Part shown: positions 41,373 to 56,409 of the stretch, piece by piece
How the letters are laid out: each line of letters opens with the position of its first letter
How positions within the stretch are numbered: position 1 is the first letter of the stretch
From: Nitrosopumilaceae archaeon
GTDB taxonomy: Archaea > Thermoproteota > Nitrososphaeria > Nitrososphaerales > Nitrosopumilaceae
NCBI GenBank assembly: GCA_965207375.1
Contig: CBDBMG010000003.1
Location: 736,001-800,000 of the forward strand
Direction: 5' to 3'
Length of the DNA: 64,000 nucleotides
Made by a program: the position numbers and the translations under genes
The notes under the pieces: model-generated
The model's database searches: none
Told to the model about the DNA's origin: nothing
The model's input: only the letters and a program-made list of their open reading frames with translations

Positions 41373-41491
41373 TAGTTATACCATGGGCACGAGTGGTTTG
41401 CCTGATATATACACCCGAAGCCCGAGGGCCGCAGGCCCGAGGGCTGAGGGTGTATATATCAGGCAAACCACGAGTGCACATGGTATAACTA
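41373..41491 (+). repeat. CGAG-punctuated palindrome with GCA triloop (Crypton-like, inferred); decayed opposite-strand relative at 41247-41348
   Basis: TAGTTATACCATGGGCA-CGAG-TGGTTTGCCTGATATATACACC-CGAA-GCC-CGAG-GGCC-GCA-GGCC-CGAG-GGC-TGAG-GGTGTATATATCAGGCAAACCA-CGAG-TGCACATGGTATAACTA. Confidence 0.85.
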
Positions 41492-42082
41492 TTATATACC
41501 AATTAATGTGTGGGCAAACCAGTACAATTATAGCCTCATGGCCTCCCTGTATTTATATGGGGACTTATTGGATTGCATTGTGGGTTTGAATTTAATGATC
41601 AAAACGTTTTTATGATGTCATATTGAAACCCACAATTAAATCTTGTAGGCCTCACTATATAAATAATTGATCATACTAGTGACCCATGGGCAAACATCAC
41701 CTCAATATGCAATCATGTGTGGGCGAACATCACCCCAAGCCCCACCCCATCCATCATAGCAATGTGATTTGATGATCAAAACGTTTTTGTGATGTTATAT
41801 TGAATCCCACAATCAAATCCAATATGGCTCACTATATAAAGGATTGATCAATATCTACTATATAAATGCAGTCCAAACAGCATTTGGATCAAAGCTATCA
41901 AAGCTTTGTATCAAAGAGTTGTTCAAAGGATTGCTGGAAACCACCTTCCCGGGCAATATCTGAATATTGCCCTCTGGAGAGGGCAATATATTTTATATTG
42001 CCCTCTGCAGAGGGCAATATAAGATATATTGCCCTGCAATTCCCTTTGATCCTCCCACACAAAGTGGTATATATATATATAT

Positions 42083-42520
42083 ATTGAAACCATGTATAGC
42101 TAGCTAGATTAGAAAGCTAATTACAAAGTAGCAGCTGCATTTTAAGAAACAAATGTTTCCTGGTATTGAGTAGCTAAGGATCATTAGTCTAAGACAATTA
42201 TCAATGTTTTATTGAAACCTTATAAGATTAGAAAGCTATTTAATTTGAAGGGATTCATTATACAAAGTAGTAGCTATATTCAAAGAAACAAAAGTTTCCA
42301 AGAATTACATGCAAATACATATGCATGTAGCTACGTGATGGAGTCTGCAAAAACAGGTCTTATCTCACAATGATTCAATTACACATTCAATGAACCATAT
42401 AACTTACCTTATGAATAGCTATAGCTATTTTATCTCTCTAGTGCCAAATTTCTTTACCTATAGTTTACCCAGAGTGAGTTAACGTTCTTCAAAGTCATAA
42501 AATTGGATGTGCAGACAAGA
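42083..42520 (+). repeat. Segment duplicated at about 45683-46142
   Basis: Shared blocks ATTGAAACCAT, AGATTAGAAAGCTAATTACA, AAGAAACAAATGTTTCCTGGT, GGATTCATTATACAAAGTAGTAGCTA and GAGTCTGCAAAAACA. Confidence 0.85.
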
Positions 42521-43458
42521 CCATAGCCACGTACGTATGTGTCAGATCCCCCAAACTTTGGTTTTGTTTAATGCATCATAATGACAACTGATCGACTGTT
42601 TAATGCTTTTGTTAGATGATCACTGAAGTTGATGTAGGACTAAGGTTACTGCTGTCCTCAATTGCAACATTCAGTCCGTATGTATACAGGAGGCTCAGTG
42701 CACTGGTTTCATTGGTTGTGTAATTTCAAGTAAAGTATTACCTACGTATATAGCTGTAAAATCTCATGCTCTTTATAATGTGAGAGAATTCAGGCGGATA
42801 GCTACACTTCAGTGCACACAAAGTTATTTAATTCATAGCTATAATAATGTAGCTAGTTAACTTGATGTTTGTATTCTCCTGAGTCATATCAGCATTGCTG
42901 TCTACACCCAGTAATTAATCATATAATCATAATAATAAGAAGATGCATAATTATCATATAGGGTTGCATGTATTTACATGCAATTTGCCACAAGTCTCTA
43001 GTTACACATAATCAGTGGAAAAACCCTTCATTTGGATAGCTAAAAATTCAGCCAGAGATTCTGCTGGCCTGCCCACTATTTTAGAAAGTTTTGCTGATTC
43101 AGTGCCGAAGTCTACTTGAGTGAGTCACAAACAGGGTGTTGCCAACATGCAGGTTAAGGCTTTACAAAAGTTTACATGAAACTGACAGAGAACCTTACCT
43201 GCATGAGGCCCTTTTATGCTTTAAATTCCCGAAAATGTGGCCAAATCGATGAATAAGACTCAGAGTGAGACCACTAGCCTGACACTCATGCACCTGCAGT
43301 CTCGCCCATGTCAGTTTCCAGCCAGGTGGCTGATTGTACCAATAGAGCAAGGCATCTAAGATGCATTAGGAACAAGCCACATGCAGGAAAAGCAGATCAA
43401 AGAACTTTACGCATTAACACAAGCATAATCGTACGTATATGTAGATAGCTAGCTACTA

Positions 43459-43618
43459 GTCAAAGCACAGTCGTGAGTGCTGTATACAAAATATAGCATG
43501 AGGGGTGAGGTTGAGTGGGAAATACAGCATAAGGTGTAGCCGAGTTCTGTATTTGCCACGAGACCTCACCCCGAGAACTGCATTTTCCGTACAGCACGAG
43601 TATGCAGTGCTTTAACTG
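43459..43618 (+). repeat. Decayed CGAG-punctuated palindrome related to 33230-33331
   Basis: AAAGCAC...GTGCTTTAACT arms with several CGAG/TGAG tetrads facing each other. Confidence 0.65.
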
Positions 43619-46600
43619 GTTTATTGTTTTGCATGGGATGGCACCGGTTAATCAGTAGCTCTCGTATTAGCTTCGATTTGCTTGCTTATTTGTTGTTAAA
43701 TCAGATAAGAAGGGTAAGAATTATCATCTTACTAAAAAATTGGTTTGTAAGAATTTTTCGCCAATTTTATCGTGTGGGTGGTGAAGCCATATCTACTGGC
43801 TTCCTTCATGGTTCCATTAAGTGCATTGAATAGAATAGTGCAGCCAAAAGGTTACTAAATTATCGCGGACTATATGTGACTGTCTGAGCGAAAACCAGCC
43901 TAGTTCACACCTCTGATTTAACTTGGTTAATGACGTGTAAAACCTTTCTGGAATGCTACACCAAGCTCAAATTTTCAGCAATGGTAAAGTGATGTCTAAT
44001 CTATTATTCTTGCAAATTTGGACTCTCTATGTCTTTCCCAACAAAAGTTATAAAGCATTGAAGTGGCAAATTTGGAAGTGTGAACTAGGCTGGTTTTTGC
44101 TTGGAGGGTCACATATTATACTGTTGTTTACTGATGTGTTGTTTACATGGTCTATGGTAATCCCTCCCTTAATTAGATTCTTGACACCTCTGGACTGCCC
44201 ACCGTGCTGCATTTGCCAATCACTGTACTGTACTTTCCATACAGCACACTTGCTGTAGTATGGAAAATAAAGTGCAGATTTTTCTTTGATCTCGCCCACG
44301 CAAAAGACAATTGCTATAGTTAATGTATGATATTAATAGTTAATCGACAGATCTAGATCGAGCAGTGGTGAAAACTGCGTCTGTATAGTCTTGTAGCTAT
44401 AGCTACGTAGCTACGTATATATACGCATGTTAAAGCAGACTTTTATCAAATCCGGTTGCATAATTATATTTTTTAAATAATGTAAGAGCTAGTATAGCTA
44501 CATAGCTATAGCTATAGCTACAATCTACGTATATAAAAAGTTTTTAAAAAAATTGAATTTAAAAGGGGAAGTAGGGATCGACATAAAAAGTAAGGAAAAA
44601 AGTAACTAACTAGCAAATATACGTATATATCACTCACCACCCATGCAGCATTGTATACTGCATGTGTCTGCTCGAGTATAGAATTGCAGCTGGATAATTG
44701 CTACACAAATGAAATATATTCTCTAGCACCTCTAAAATTAAGATTTAATCCCTACTTTGGCAACAACTTTCATATAACAATACATCATGATGCCAAAATA
44801 GGGATTAATCTTGTTGAGGTGCTAGAGAATGTGCTTCATTTGTGCATGTACGTATGTACATATGTACGTAACTACCCAGCTGCAATTCCATAGCTACTTG
44901 AGTAGACACATGCAGTATACAATGCTACATGGGTGATGAGTGATAGCTACATATATTTACTACTTAGCTACTTTTCCTTACTTTTTATGTCAATTCCTAG
45001 CTACTTGTTAGTATGGTAGAGCTGGTTAAACACCTTTTATCATTTAATGAATTGCAAATACATCATTACCTTGCTCTTCTTTGGTAGGAATTCACAATGC
45101 TCTTCATTACTAAAGCCATGCCCATCAATTATATTGCAAGTGTCATATAAATTGTCCTACAATAGAAGGACTGATCAACAGTATTTGTCATTGATGAAGA
45201 ACATGCAATTCCATTATCCACGTCTGCTACTGAGAATGATAAGATTATCACAGCACATAGCTATCTTAATTCTAAAAGACAGATTTGGTGAAACATCGAC
45301 AACAAGAGAAACAATATAAAGCTGAGGAAAGAAGTGAAATCATCACGAAAGACTAAAATTTAATATCAATAACACCTAGCCAATGCTGCATATACGATAC
45401 TTATTAGGATTAAAAGTTGTCCGGACATTTGTTTTCTTATAATAGACTCATTGACTACTCCATTGATAATGTATAGTAAACTTGTCTGGTCAAATTTAGT
45501 TTGACTGATCAAATGCCAAAGTTGGTTGGAAAATGTCTGATGACTGGCCATCATCATAAGCTCTGTATGTATACCCAGCATCACTAGCTATATCTTTGAT
45601 TTAATTCCATCTAGCTATAGAGTGGCCATGGCTTTCATATAAAACTCTGTAGTTAGTACGTATAGCTACCTGGTACTAATACATTGAAACCATATATGGC
45701 TACGTAGCTAGCTGTACCTTCAGATTAGAAAGCTAATTACACAGTAGTAGCTGCATTCTAAGAAACAAATGTTTCCTGGTGTATGAAGTAAGGCTCATAG
45801 ACAATTTAATAACTATCAATGTGTTATTGAAACCTTATAAGATTAGAAATTGAGGGGATTCATTATACAAAGTAGTAGCTACGTATATTCAAAGAAACCA
45901 AAGTTTCCAAGAATTACATATACATGTAGCTACTATGGGACGAGTCTGCAAAAACAAATCTCAAATTACACATTCAATGAGCCATAACCACTTACGTATG
46001 AATAAGCTAACATTCCAAACCTTGTATCATTTATATAGTCCTAGCTATATAGCTACTTTATCTCTCTTGTGTCAAATTTCTATACCTGTAGCTTACCCAC
46101 AGAGTGATATAAGGTTATAAAATTGAACGTGCAAATAAGACTTGTTGTAAGGGTCATAATGTAAGCTGCAAAAATTGGTTGTTAGGGATTATAGTAAAAA
46201 TGATGTTTAGCACCTATTCTCAGACTAAAATTTGATGATTAACTATATAGCTAGCAGTTAATTTTACATCAGATAGCTATGTACGTATGCCTGTGTAACA
46301 CTACTCATGACTGCTAACACAAAATTTTACTGAAGTGACTATTAGTGAACAGACTTATACAGAAAAATACGGGAAGTAATGTAACTAATTGTAAAATCTT
46401 TACAAAGTAGCTATTCATTAAGTACAGTAGTAATAATAGGGATTGACGGAAATCTATGGCTTTCAAAAATGTGTCTGAAAAGCAACCTTGTAATAATAAT
46501 CTCTCCAGAATCTAATCATACGTATGTTTATTGGTACACCATTATCAATTCCAAAAATATATTCAAACATTGAAAATATGTATACATACGTATTAGAAGC

Positions 46601-46889
46601 CAAGTTACAGGATTTTGAAAATTTTGCAAACAACGAGATTTTCATCTGCCTGCCTGATCACTAGAACAGACCTACCACCTATAATAACCAAATACATGAT
46701 CCGCAATACTTCTAGCCATTGGTTGGCACCCTCACCTATTGAAAGCACAACAATCCATACACAATAACAAAGGGTATAATATAACACTTTTATACATACA
46801 GCTAGCTACGTATATGAACATAAAAGTTATATGCATGTATACATGGATATAACTTTTTATGTTCATATCTGTTTGTGAATAGCTATAAA

Positions 46890-47137
46890 CAAAACAGTCT
46901 GGCTATAGAAAAAGTGCAAGGCCAATCAGAAGCAGCATTGTAAATGCGACCAAAAACTTTGATATCAAGTGCAGTCAAGGAGTTAAAACTATTTATTAAA
47001 ATCAATAGCTACTTGAATGACATAATTTAAGAGCATTTTACTTAACAGCATTTTCACAACTATAATTGGCTTTGTCACTTGGCCACCTTTTTGTTCCATC
47101 CATTATTTATAAAGGTGGCCAAATGACAAACCCAATC
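46890..47137 (+). repeat. Diverged fragment of the Helitron-like element end, with only a short hairpin
   Basis: AAACAG.CTGGCT.TA.AAAAAGTGC.AGGCCAATCAGAAGC...ATTGGCTTTGTCACTTGGCCACCTTT-loop-AAAGGTGGCCAAATGACAAACCCAATC. Confidence 0.8.
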
Positions 47138-47299
47138 TTGTGTCTGGGGTATGTATATCTAACATGTAGCTACCTCAAGCCAAAGAGTGTTCAAAACTGC
47201 TGAAGCCAGTCAAACTCTTACAAGTCAGTGGTCACATCAAAAGCATAATTCCTTTGTGTGACAGTAGCCAGTTAAACCCCATGCACCTGCACTCATAGG

Positions 47300-47694
47300 T
47301 AGGCTTGCGCCTAATATGCTGGCATAATTTTAAGAATAATAGGTACTATTTTATACGAGAATTATTCTGGAATAATAGGGTTTAGTGAGCATAAAATTTA
47401 TTGAACGATCCTCCACCCACGCAATTAATTACAGCGCATATTGAAAATATTTCGTCTGCAACTCGGCAATCAGTTTGTGTACTTTCTCAATGTTATAAGG
47501 TACTTTCTATGCAAGGTCTTTAATTCTATAGCTGTGTAATCAATAGTTAGTTAGCTGTAGCTATTATTTTCTTACTGTCATAGCGGAATAATTTGGGAAT
47601 AATAGGTGGTATTTTAAAGAATAATAGGGAAAGATTTTGAGAAGTTCTGGAAGGAATAATAGGTAAATTTTTGAGCATATTAGGTGCATCCCTA
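47300..47694. mobile_element. hAT-type MITE, 8-bp TSD CTCATAGG
   Basis: TAGGCTTGCGCCTAATATGC...GCATATTAGGTGCATCCCTA with ATAATAGG subterminal repeats. Confidence 0.85.
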
Positions 47695-49294
47695 CTCATA
47701 GGATATCCTTGATATTAACACTCGGGCTTGACCTCATGTAGCTAATATCAAGGATATCCTACTTGTGGAGGGGTTTACTAATACAAGAAACAAGGTATTG
47801 ATAAATGCTGGCCTTATTGGTAGCTACGTATGTACGTACGTACACCTCTATCATACAATGCTCTATGGAGTGTATTGGAGAAAATCTGATGCTGCGTACT
47901 ACATATTTTCACTTTTAGCAGTTCATCAAACTACATACATAGCTACGTACGTACATAGCTAATATTAAACTAAGTAGTGGTAGTTAATTTTCCTGAACTT
48001 TCACTGGACTCCATTTCACTCTGGGACAATCTTTGTAGCTCCATTATCAGCTCAAAATGCCTGGTGTGCGGGAACATGTCCACTACAATGGCTTTCATTG
48101 GTCGAAACGGTAGCCCAGCAAACCAATTGGATTTCATCCTGCACAGGCTATATAAAAAATTATTGTATGGATTGCAATTGTAATTATTTTGTGTAATTGT
48201 GTAATTCTATAACTCTTATAGAGGGTTCTGATTACAAAAGAAAACATAAGTCAATGTTTAACTGGTGTAGTTAGTTACATAATGTGCACGTACATAAAGC
48301 AACTTGTGTGAGGGAAGGCAGGTACTGAAATCTCAATAATGCAAAGCCTTAGGTACATACGTACATAGCTAGCTAGTAACTTACTCTACAATGTTTCCAG
48401 TAACCCCTGAGTGTTGGATGTTACATGACACAAAGATGGTCTTTTGTATCAGTGGACTTCTCCTGATGGCCTGCACAACTCGCTGATCTATAAGTATAAA
48501 AATAAGATGCTCATATATGGATGATTTTTAGGGATGAGCGATTATGAGATTTTGAGGCATCACAAATCAACAGCATACACATATGTACCTTACGCCGAGT
48601 TATTACGTATAACAATACACTAATTTTAGCAATTTTAACAAGTAGCTCCAATTAATTAAAATTTGGTTATGCTAATTATAAACATTGATCAACAAAGCAG
48701 TCACTTATGATTGGTGACTGCACTATTAGAGAGTATCAATGTGCAATTGTTAAATTTCTAAATCCACAAATATAACTTTAGTGTATCATTTTATTATAAA
48801 AGTGCTTGGTTAATTACTAAGATACCATTAAACTTGTAAGAATTAATGCAGAAAAATCATTCACTGTACATCCAAATACTTCTCTTGGTATTCAAATACA
48901 TAATTATCCAGTATTTGCTTCATATAACTACAACAAGAAGATTATACTTTAGTCCTGAAATAATACATGCAAGGTTCTTGGATTATTTGTTTTAAAGGAA
49001 CAATTATTTTGTTATTTTCTACATTAGGAGGTTTACGTAAAGGTAAAATTTTGTGGATTGTAAAGACCGTAACTACAGTGCAAACTTTCCCTAGAAAATA
49101 GCCTGCTACGTACATGCACGGTACGGCTCAAATGCAACATGATGCCCGTTCACTTGTTGCCAATGCCAGCTTGTGTGTGTGCACGCATACATGCCTGCCA
49201 AAGGATAACTGTAACAGGTAATGATGTGGGTTCCTCTCCACCTTCCTCAGTTCTTCATGTAGGTTTATTTAATATACATTTGGTGACGTATATA

Positions 49295-49777
49295 CAGAGT
49301 TGGGGTCGTTACTTTTAAAAAGCAACTAGTTACAAGTTACTAGTTACTTTCAGGAAAAGTAACTCGTTACAGTTATATATTACTCTCTCAAATAAGTAAC
49401 TACGTAGTAATATATTACTAGTTACTTTTTACATTAAAATTCACTTGTTTTGTAGTAAAAATCATGTTTACCAACCAATTTTCTGATATTAAGTAGTTAA
49501 AATATGTTTGCATAACACTATTCGTGATTGCTAACACAATTTTTAAAGGAGTTTTATTGAAATTACTATCAGTGAATGGACTTTCACAGGAAAATACGGA
49601 AAGTAATATAACTAATTATGAAACTTTGCAAAAGTAATATTATTACTAGTTACAAAGTAATATTATTACTAGTTACATATTACTTTTGAGAAATGTAACT
49701 CGTTAAGTTACTTAGTTACTTTAAAAGTAATATATTACGTAACTTAGTTACAAAGTAACTAGTTACCCCCAACTCTG
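49295..49777. mobile_element. hAT-type MITE with GTAAC/GTTAC repeats, 8-bp TSD CGTATATA
   Basis: CAGAGTTGGGG...CCCCAACTCTG; TSD at 49287-49294 and 49778-49785. Confidence 0.9.
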
Positions 49778-51527
49778 CGTATATACATAGACTGTTGAGT
49801 ATTCAATGCTGCAACATACTAGCCAGCTATATACGTACATATCTTGTAGTTGGGCGTATCTATCGGTTATATTGTCATACCTTGCTTGTAAATCGAGACA
49901 AGGGTAATTACCATGCCTTGCTTTGAAAATCGACTCCATAGGAAAAATATTATATTCTTTGTTAACACCCAGGGGCGTTTATAGACATAAGCGCCTTATA
50001 ATTAAAAGTCTGGTCATGCGCATGCAGTATTGTAATCGATAATAAGTATTCACTAGAATAAATAATACAGCATTGGTAGCTCGTATAATGGTGAGTACTA
50101 AGAAACTTTTATCAAAACAGGCACCATAATTTTATACCGGGTTGTTGAAGGCACCCGTGCCTTTACCCACACCTGTTTATAAGTTCATCCGGCGACCCAC
50201 GTGCAGGCATCAAGTTGCATTTGAGCTGTACTGTATGTCAAGTGGTACGTAGCTACTTATCAAGGCCCTGTGCTTATAATCCATCCTAATCTCTGCCTAC
50301 TAAATAATCACATGCTGCATAATAGGAACACATAACTAACGTAGTCCAGCTCTTGGTGGGTCTACTACACCGATCACATGGTCTGCCGTCATCTTTTGAG
50401 TGTTCAACAACTCCGGCAGAATATCTTCAGCCTTTCCACACAAGAAAGAAGTGTTATTGATGCCTATAGACAGACATTACACGTACAGTGAGTAGCCAAT
50501 AAAAAACAAGAATAGCTACAGTATATACATACATACATACGTACGTAGCTAGTTTATAACACAGAGTAGAATTTAAGATTTAGCTAAGACTTGCTGAGAG
50601 GGGGGCAGTCCTCCAAAGATTGTAGTAATGCATAAACAAATCTACTATTCAAACAAACTCAAACAAACCTTCGATCGAAGGTTCCAAACTTTGAATGCGA
50701 ATGTTTATATGTCACTACATAATGGAGTAGGTTGTTAATTTGTGCAGTTCTTGTCCCTTGTATGAGCAGCCAAAAAGGAGAATTTATATTTCTAGGCTTT
50801 GCACAATACAATTATATGTGTGCCTAACAACTTTAGTATTAGACGAAAGCATTTTGCTGGCAACTTTAGTGCATGTGTTATCACTAACAATGAATATCTA
50901 TGACAAAAGTATGTAGGTAAAAGAAACATTTATCAAAGCTTCAAAGGTTGCAGACAAACCTTCAAACCCTATAAGTTGACATCCGTTTATGCACTAGATT
51001 ATAGTAGAATTTTAATTTGTAAACTATAAAAATGGTACAAAAATATGTATTTACATACAGGACTTAGGGGGTACAGTGTAGCTATACTTATGTACCATAC
51101 AGCGTAAATATTGGACGAGGGAAATTTTGACAAATTTGACGATTCACTAACAATTTGTCAAAATGTTCACTGTCAAATTTCAAATAATATCAATATACAG
51201 AGAAATAAACTCATTCATAACTTGAGATTTATGAATTTGTTAAAATTTTCTCCTATCAAATGTTTATGCTATACAGCAAACAATACACGTATAGCTTTTA
51301 TAGAGAGTTAGCCGACCAATACAGCTACAGATGCAGCCTTCTAGAAGCTGCAGTAAGGGTACAAGACTTGTTTATCCAGAGGCAGCGGAAGTGAATAAAA
51401 GTTGGGGGGCTGGGGGATTATTAAATTAAAAAGTTATCCTATTGACTGCTCTATTAGGGGGTAGTACCTGCTACGTATATTAGAGCGAGGGTAGGGACTG
51501 ATTGACTATTACATTACAGCATTTCGA

Positions 51528-51589
<62 letters not shown>

Positions 51590-52868
51590 TGGCTCATTTT
51601 TGGAGGGGCAAAGCTGGAGAGCTCTAGTCCACACCTTGCACCACCGCCACTGTTAGGCCATACCAAATTAATGTTATGTTTCATGGATGAGGCGGGTCCC
51701 CTTTTTACAGAAGTCATATAAAAATAAAAATCATGTGACTAAAGAGTCACGTGACGTGGACATGAATTTGTGAGATTAATTTGTTATTTTATAGTAAAGT
51801 TGTTTTAAAGAATACAAGCGTTCCTATGAAAATCATTTGGTGCCTTGGTAAACTTGAATACAAAGAGAGGAAGTGGTAAAATTGATTTGAGCAACTGAAA
51901 AGTTTTAATAATCAAGATTTCTCATGCTGTGACCTTTAGTAATTTTATGGTTTTTATTTTTTTCCTGGCCTGCCGGGTCACTCTGAGGAAGCAAACAATC
52001 CGTGAAACATAAGATAATTTGGTATGGCCTTACTTATAATACACAAAATCAATATACTGTAATAAAACAGTCAGGATTGTACATCTAGAAGTTTGAAAAC
52101 ACACATAATTCCCCTCACCTGTAAGGTCCTCAAATGATTTGTTTTCCTGTTGGAACTCGTGCAGCTCTAATTGTTAAATCTTTTAAGAAAAACTACATAT
52201 TGTATAGTGGGAAAGTTTTGCAGGGGAAAAATTTGGCTATTATTGGCTCTCTTGAGCTTCTAGTGAGGAAAAGATTGGCGAATGGATAGATCAGATACTT
52301 AATAATTCTATGAATCACGGATGATTTGCCAAATTCACCAAACATTTCCCCAACCAAACTATCCCAATATACAGCAGGTTAATTGCTGTGGTCAGGCAGG
52401 TAGGCATGTATGTATTTTCATACTGGATCAATAATTGTTGTGCTTAACAAAGGAATGGTGTATAAGCAAAAGACCTAGACAAGGTTTTCAGAGTACCGAG
52501 TTGATTTAAATGTCCGGAACGACTAGATCTTTGCAAAATTAAACACCTAAAAACCTTCCTCATGTTTTAACACCGGCTCTTGTTACATACGTATTTAAAC
52601 AGTGGAGCCTTTTATTGAAGGAAATACGGTACCTAAACAGTCACCCTCAATTGTTTTACTTCTGCTGCCTCTGCATTGTGTAAGTGAATAATTATTATAC
52701 TGACTTATCTTCAGCGTTAACTTCAGCATCTTTCACGGCTTGTTCCACCATCTCAATCCCAATAACCTGATTCACCGACTAAGAGTAACACAATACACAA
52801 AAATACACTGTAATGGTACTGATGCTCAGAAATAAAAAAGAAAGCACATACGTAACTACACTACATAC

Positions 52869-53759
52869 CAGGGGCGGATCCAGGGGGGGGTCATAGGGGT
52901 CAGATGACCCCCCCTTCCAATCTGTGCTTATTCTAAAACAAGCGCTTGAAATAATTATTCTAATAGGCGCTAAAATAATTATTAATTTGTTGTACTATAA
53001 AGCGCAAGAACCGGCTAGATTATGTCTGGGGATTCACATAAAAACTAGCTCATAGAACATTCTTTATAACTAAAAGATTAGTTAAATTGCTGACCTTTAA
53101 TCAGCTAGCTACTGTGATGAATACCCGATACAAGCGCCGCAAAAATATTTTCGATAATTATTTCCTTGCAAGCACTGGCTACCGTAATATGGCGGATAAG
53201 GAGATTAATCAACGTGCATTTGATTCGATGCGGTAAATGATGTACGTACTGAAGAGGGATCTCATGAGGAGGTTGCGCGTCTTTTCTCCCAGGAATTTGA
53301 ACGTGCGGCTTGCCAGTGACCCTTTTTGAACTGATGATAGGGCAGAATAATTCAAACTCGAGTTTAAACTAAAGGTACTATGGTGGATGAAATAATAAAT
53401 TGTGAGATAATACACTACTCAGTTTCAGTGATTTGAATTTTTGCTCACGCGAGTGCTCACGTGATGAATCGTCTGCAGAGGGGCACTGAAAGATTTTTGA
53501 TAACAGGAAAGAAGAATCATGTAATGCACAGGGTTTTAGTATAAATAACTAACCATGCACACGTAAATATCGTTAGCTTATAGCTAGCTATACAGTTGCT
53601 GAGCTGCAGGAACAGCAGCGAGTAGATTCATGCATCTATAGCTTTCAGTAGGTTACAATGCACTTCGTTTAAAATAATAATGTGAATAATTGCAATATGT
53701 ATTTATACATATAACCATTGCCTTGACCCCCCCTTTGAAAAATCCTGGATCCGCCCCTG
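52869..53759. mobile_element. hAT-type MITE, 8-bp TSD CTACATAC
   Basis: CAGGGGCGGATCCAGG...CCTGGATCCGCCCCTG; TSD at 52861-52868 and 53760-53767. Confidence 0.92.
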
Positions 53760-55282
53760 CTACATACATACATACATACATACGTAACAGTGACACTATG
53801 TGACAGCAGCGATTAGTAGTGGATTACCAGTAGATATTTGTACGTATGTACACACGTATGTAAACATGTACATACGTACATATGACATGATTTCTAAAAT
53901 GGGTCTTATAGTTGCATTAATTTTTCAGCTTTGCGTGTACGTATACGTATATGCATGTGCATGTGCATTCCAAACCTTGGCCATGGTCAGTCCAATACTT
54001 CCAGTCCCACAACAGATGTCTACAATATAAATAATAATTGCATACGTACATACATACATACAATGCATACATACATCACAAGCATACAGTACATGTACTT
54101 AGTGTACAATATACTACGGTGAAGAATAAGACAATTTACATGCATATACGTACGTATGTACGTACACACTAATAGCTACGTCCTTGGCCAAAAAAGGTTA
54201 CATTTCATGTGTTAGCCACCATTATTTACATAAAATTTCATATTCATATCACTTTTATCATGATATAATTCATACAGCATATCACTATAAAATGCACACA
54301 CACCACAATATAGTGCATCTCTACCGCATAATGAATAAACAGCTTATACTTTTACATCATGTACGTATGTACATGTTCATGAGTAGCTACTGCATAGGTA
54401 CCTTGAAAGAAAGCATTTGGTGATATCCTGAATGTTAATCCCATCAACTTCTCATGAACATACTATAAATATATATAAAGAATACCTATGTACCTAACTA
54501 CCTACATACATACGTACATAGTTACGTACATGTGCATGTACATACGTATATATACACATACATAGTATACGTATACTGCACGCACACGCACACGCACACG
54601 CACACACACAGTATACACATACATATAAATTGTAAAGCTTACTTGTGATCCACACACAAACTGATAATCGGGTGTAGCACCAGATTGACTGTACAACACA
54701 AGGCATAATAAAACATCACTAACATACGTACGTACACACATGTAATCATACGTAGATACCAAGTATTTATTTTGTATGAAGTGGATAGCAAGATTTCATG
54801 CTGAGTTTGTAGTGATGGTCAGAGTTGTGGTTAATGGTGGTTGGTACTGACCACTGCCGACCACTGTGGGCACATACCTGTAGTCTCTAGTTTACATGCG
54901 TATGATTTGCTTACTTGTGTGTTATGAAATGTACAGTTGGAAAGAGCTTTATTTACGCATACCTGCAGTTTTTGCTGCAAGTAGTTCCGCATTGCACTTA
55001 CGTAGTAAACTTGTAATACCACAAATACTAAGATCTGGACATCAATTCATCATACGTATGTACTACAGCCAAATAATTATCATACGTATATAATTTTAGC
55101 ATTAACGAATACGTAGTTTAATATTTGTTCGTTAAGGGATACAAATATCCGGATACTAAAAAACTGGTAAACTGGTATTCGTTGCAGCCCTAAAAATTTA
55201 CATACGTAACTGAATAAAATTGGAGTAATCTAGAAGTACGGCATGTGATCAAGTGCTAGACTATCTACAAGTCAATACAAGT

Positions 55283-55355
55283 GTTCCTGTGGCCTAATGG
55301 AGAAGGCATTGGTCTTCGGAACTAGAGATTGTGGGTTCCAGTCCTACCAGGAACA
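55283..55355 (+). tRNA. tRNA-Arg(TCG), T-loop variant TTCCAGT
   Basis: 73 nt; acceptor stem GTTCCTG/CAGGAAC, D-arm TGGCCTAATGGAGAAGGC, anticodon loop CTTCGGA, and a downstream T run. Confidence 0.8.
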
Positions 55356-56409
55356 ATTTTTTTTCTAAACAACCTTGTTACACTTGTAACCGTCTGATAC
55401 ATAACCAGAGCTTGAAATAGCAGTCGGCCTTTGGCCATTTTCCAACCAATTTCAGGATATGGCTGACCAAAACTGATATGCTAGGACAAATTTACTGTAC
55501 ATTTCCAATGGGGAATCCAATGATATGTTCCTATTTTCAATAAATGGCCGACCAATTTCTAATCCTTATTTCAAGGACTGCATAACAGCACACATGTTTA
55601 TGCTACAGGCAATAAATCAAGTTTGGCTAAATTATCCAACCAACTAAAGCAACCATACGTACGTATGTAGCTACGTATGTATGTACAGAATTTTTTAGAA
55701 TATAAATTCAGCAGCAAGATTTTCAAAAATATAGAGGGGGCAGGACCTTAACTGACTGTTAAGTGCCTAAGTGCAAATTTATCCTTAAGGCTTAACCCAG
55801 GGGGCAATATCATTTCCAGGGGGAAAGTGCCCCCTTACCTCCCCAGAGAAACTGCCAACACTAAATCTGAAGTATGTACATACATATACATGATCTTCTA
55901 TTTACGTGGATTAGCCAGCCTATGACCTACATATATTATATGGTTATGTGAGGCTAAGATACACTAATTTAACGAGTAGCTCCAACTTGTTAAAAATTGG
56001 TAACACTAAATATCATTGATCGATACTCTCTAATAAACCAGTCACTAATGATTGGTGACTGCTCTATTAGAGAGTATTTATCGATGTGCAATTGCTAAAT
56101 CCACAATCAAAAAAATTACTAACTTTAGTGTATCGTTAAAATTATAGCTTGAGGTATGCAAGATGTGCAAACAGTGGTGGATTTTCACAAAGACAGTCGT
56201 CATGCACATACGTATGTATATCCCTTACCGCTGTCCGAGTGGCTGAAAGTAATGGGATGACAATCCACAGGAGGCTCCTGGACCTGTAGTGAAGTATTCG
56301 GCCAACAGCACTTTCTGCTTATCCAACTCTTCCTATGTATGTACGTAAAAACATAGGACATTTACGTACTTGTGTAAATTATGTAAGTACATTAACATGT
56401 ACACACACA

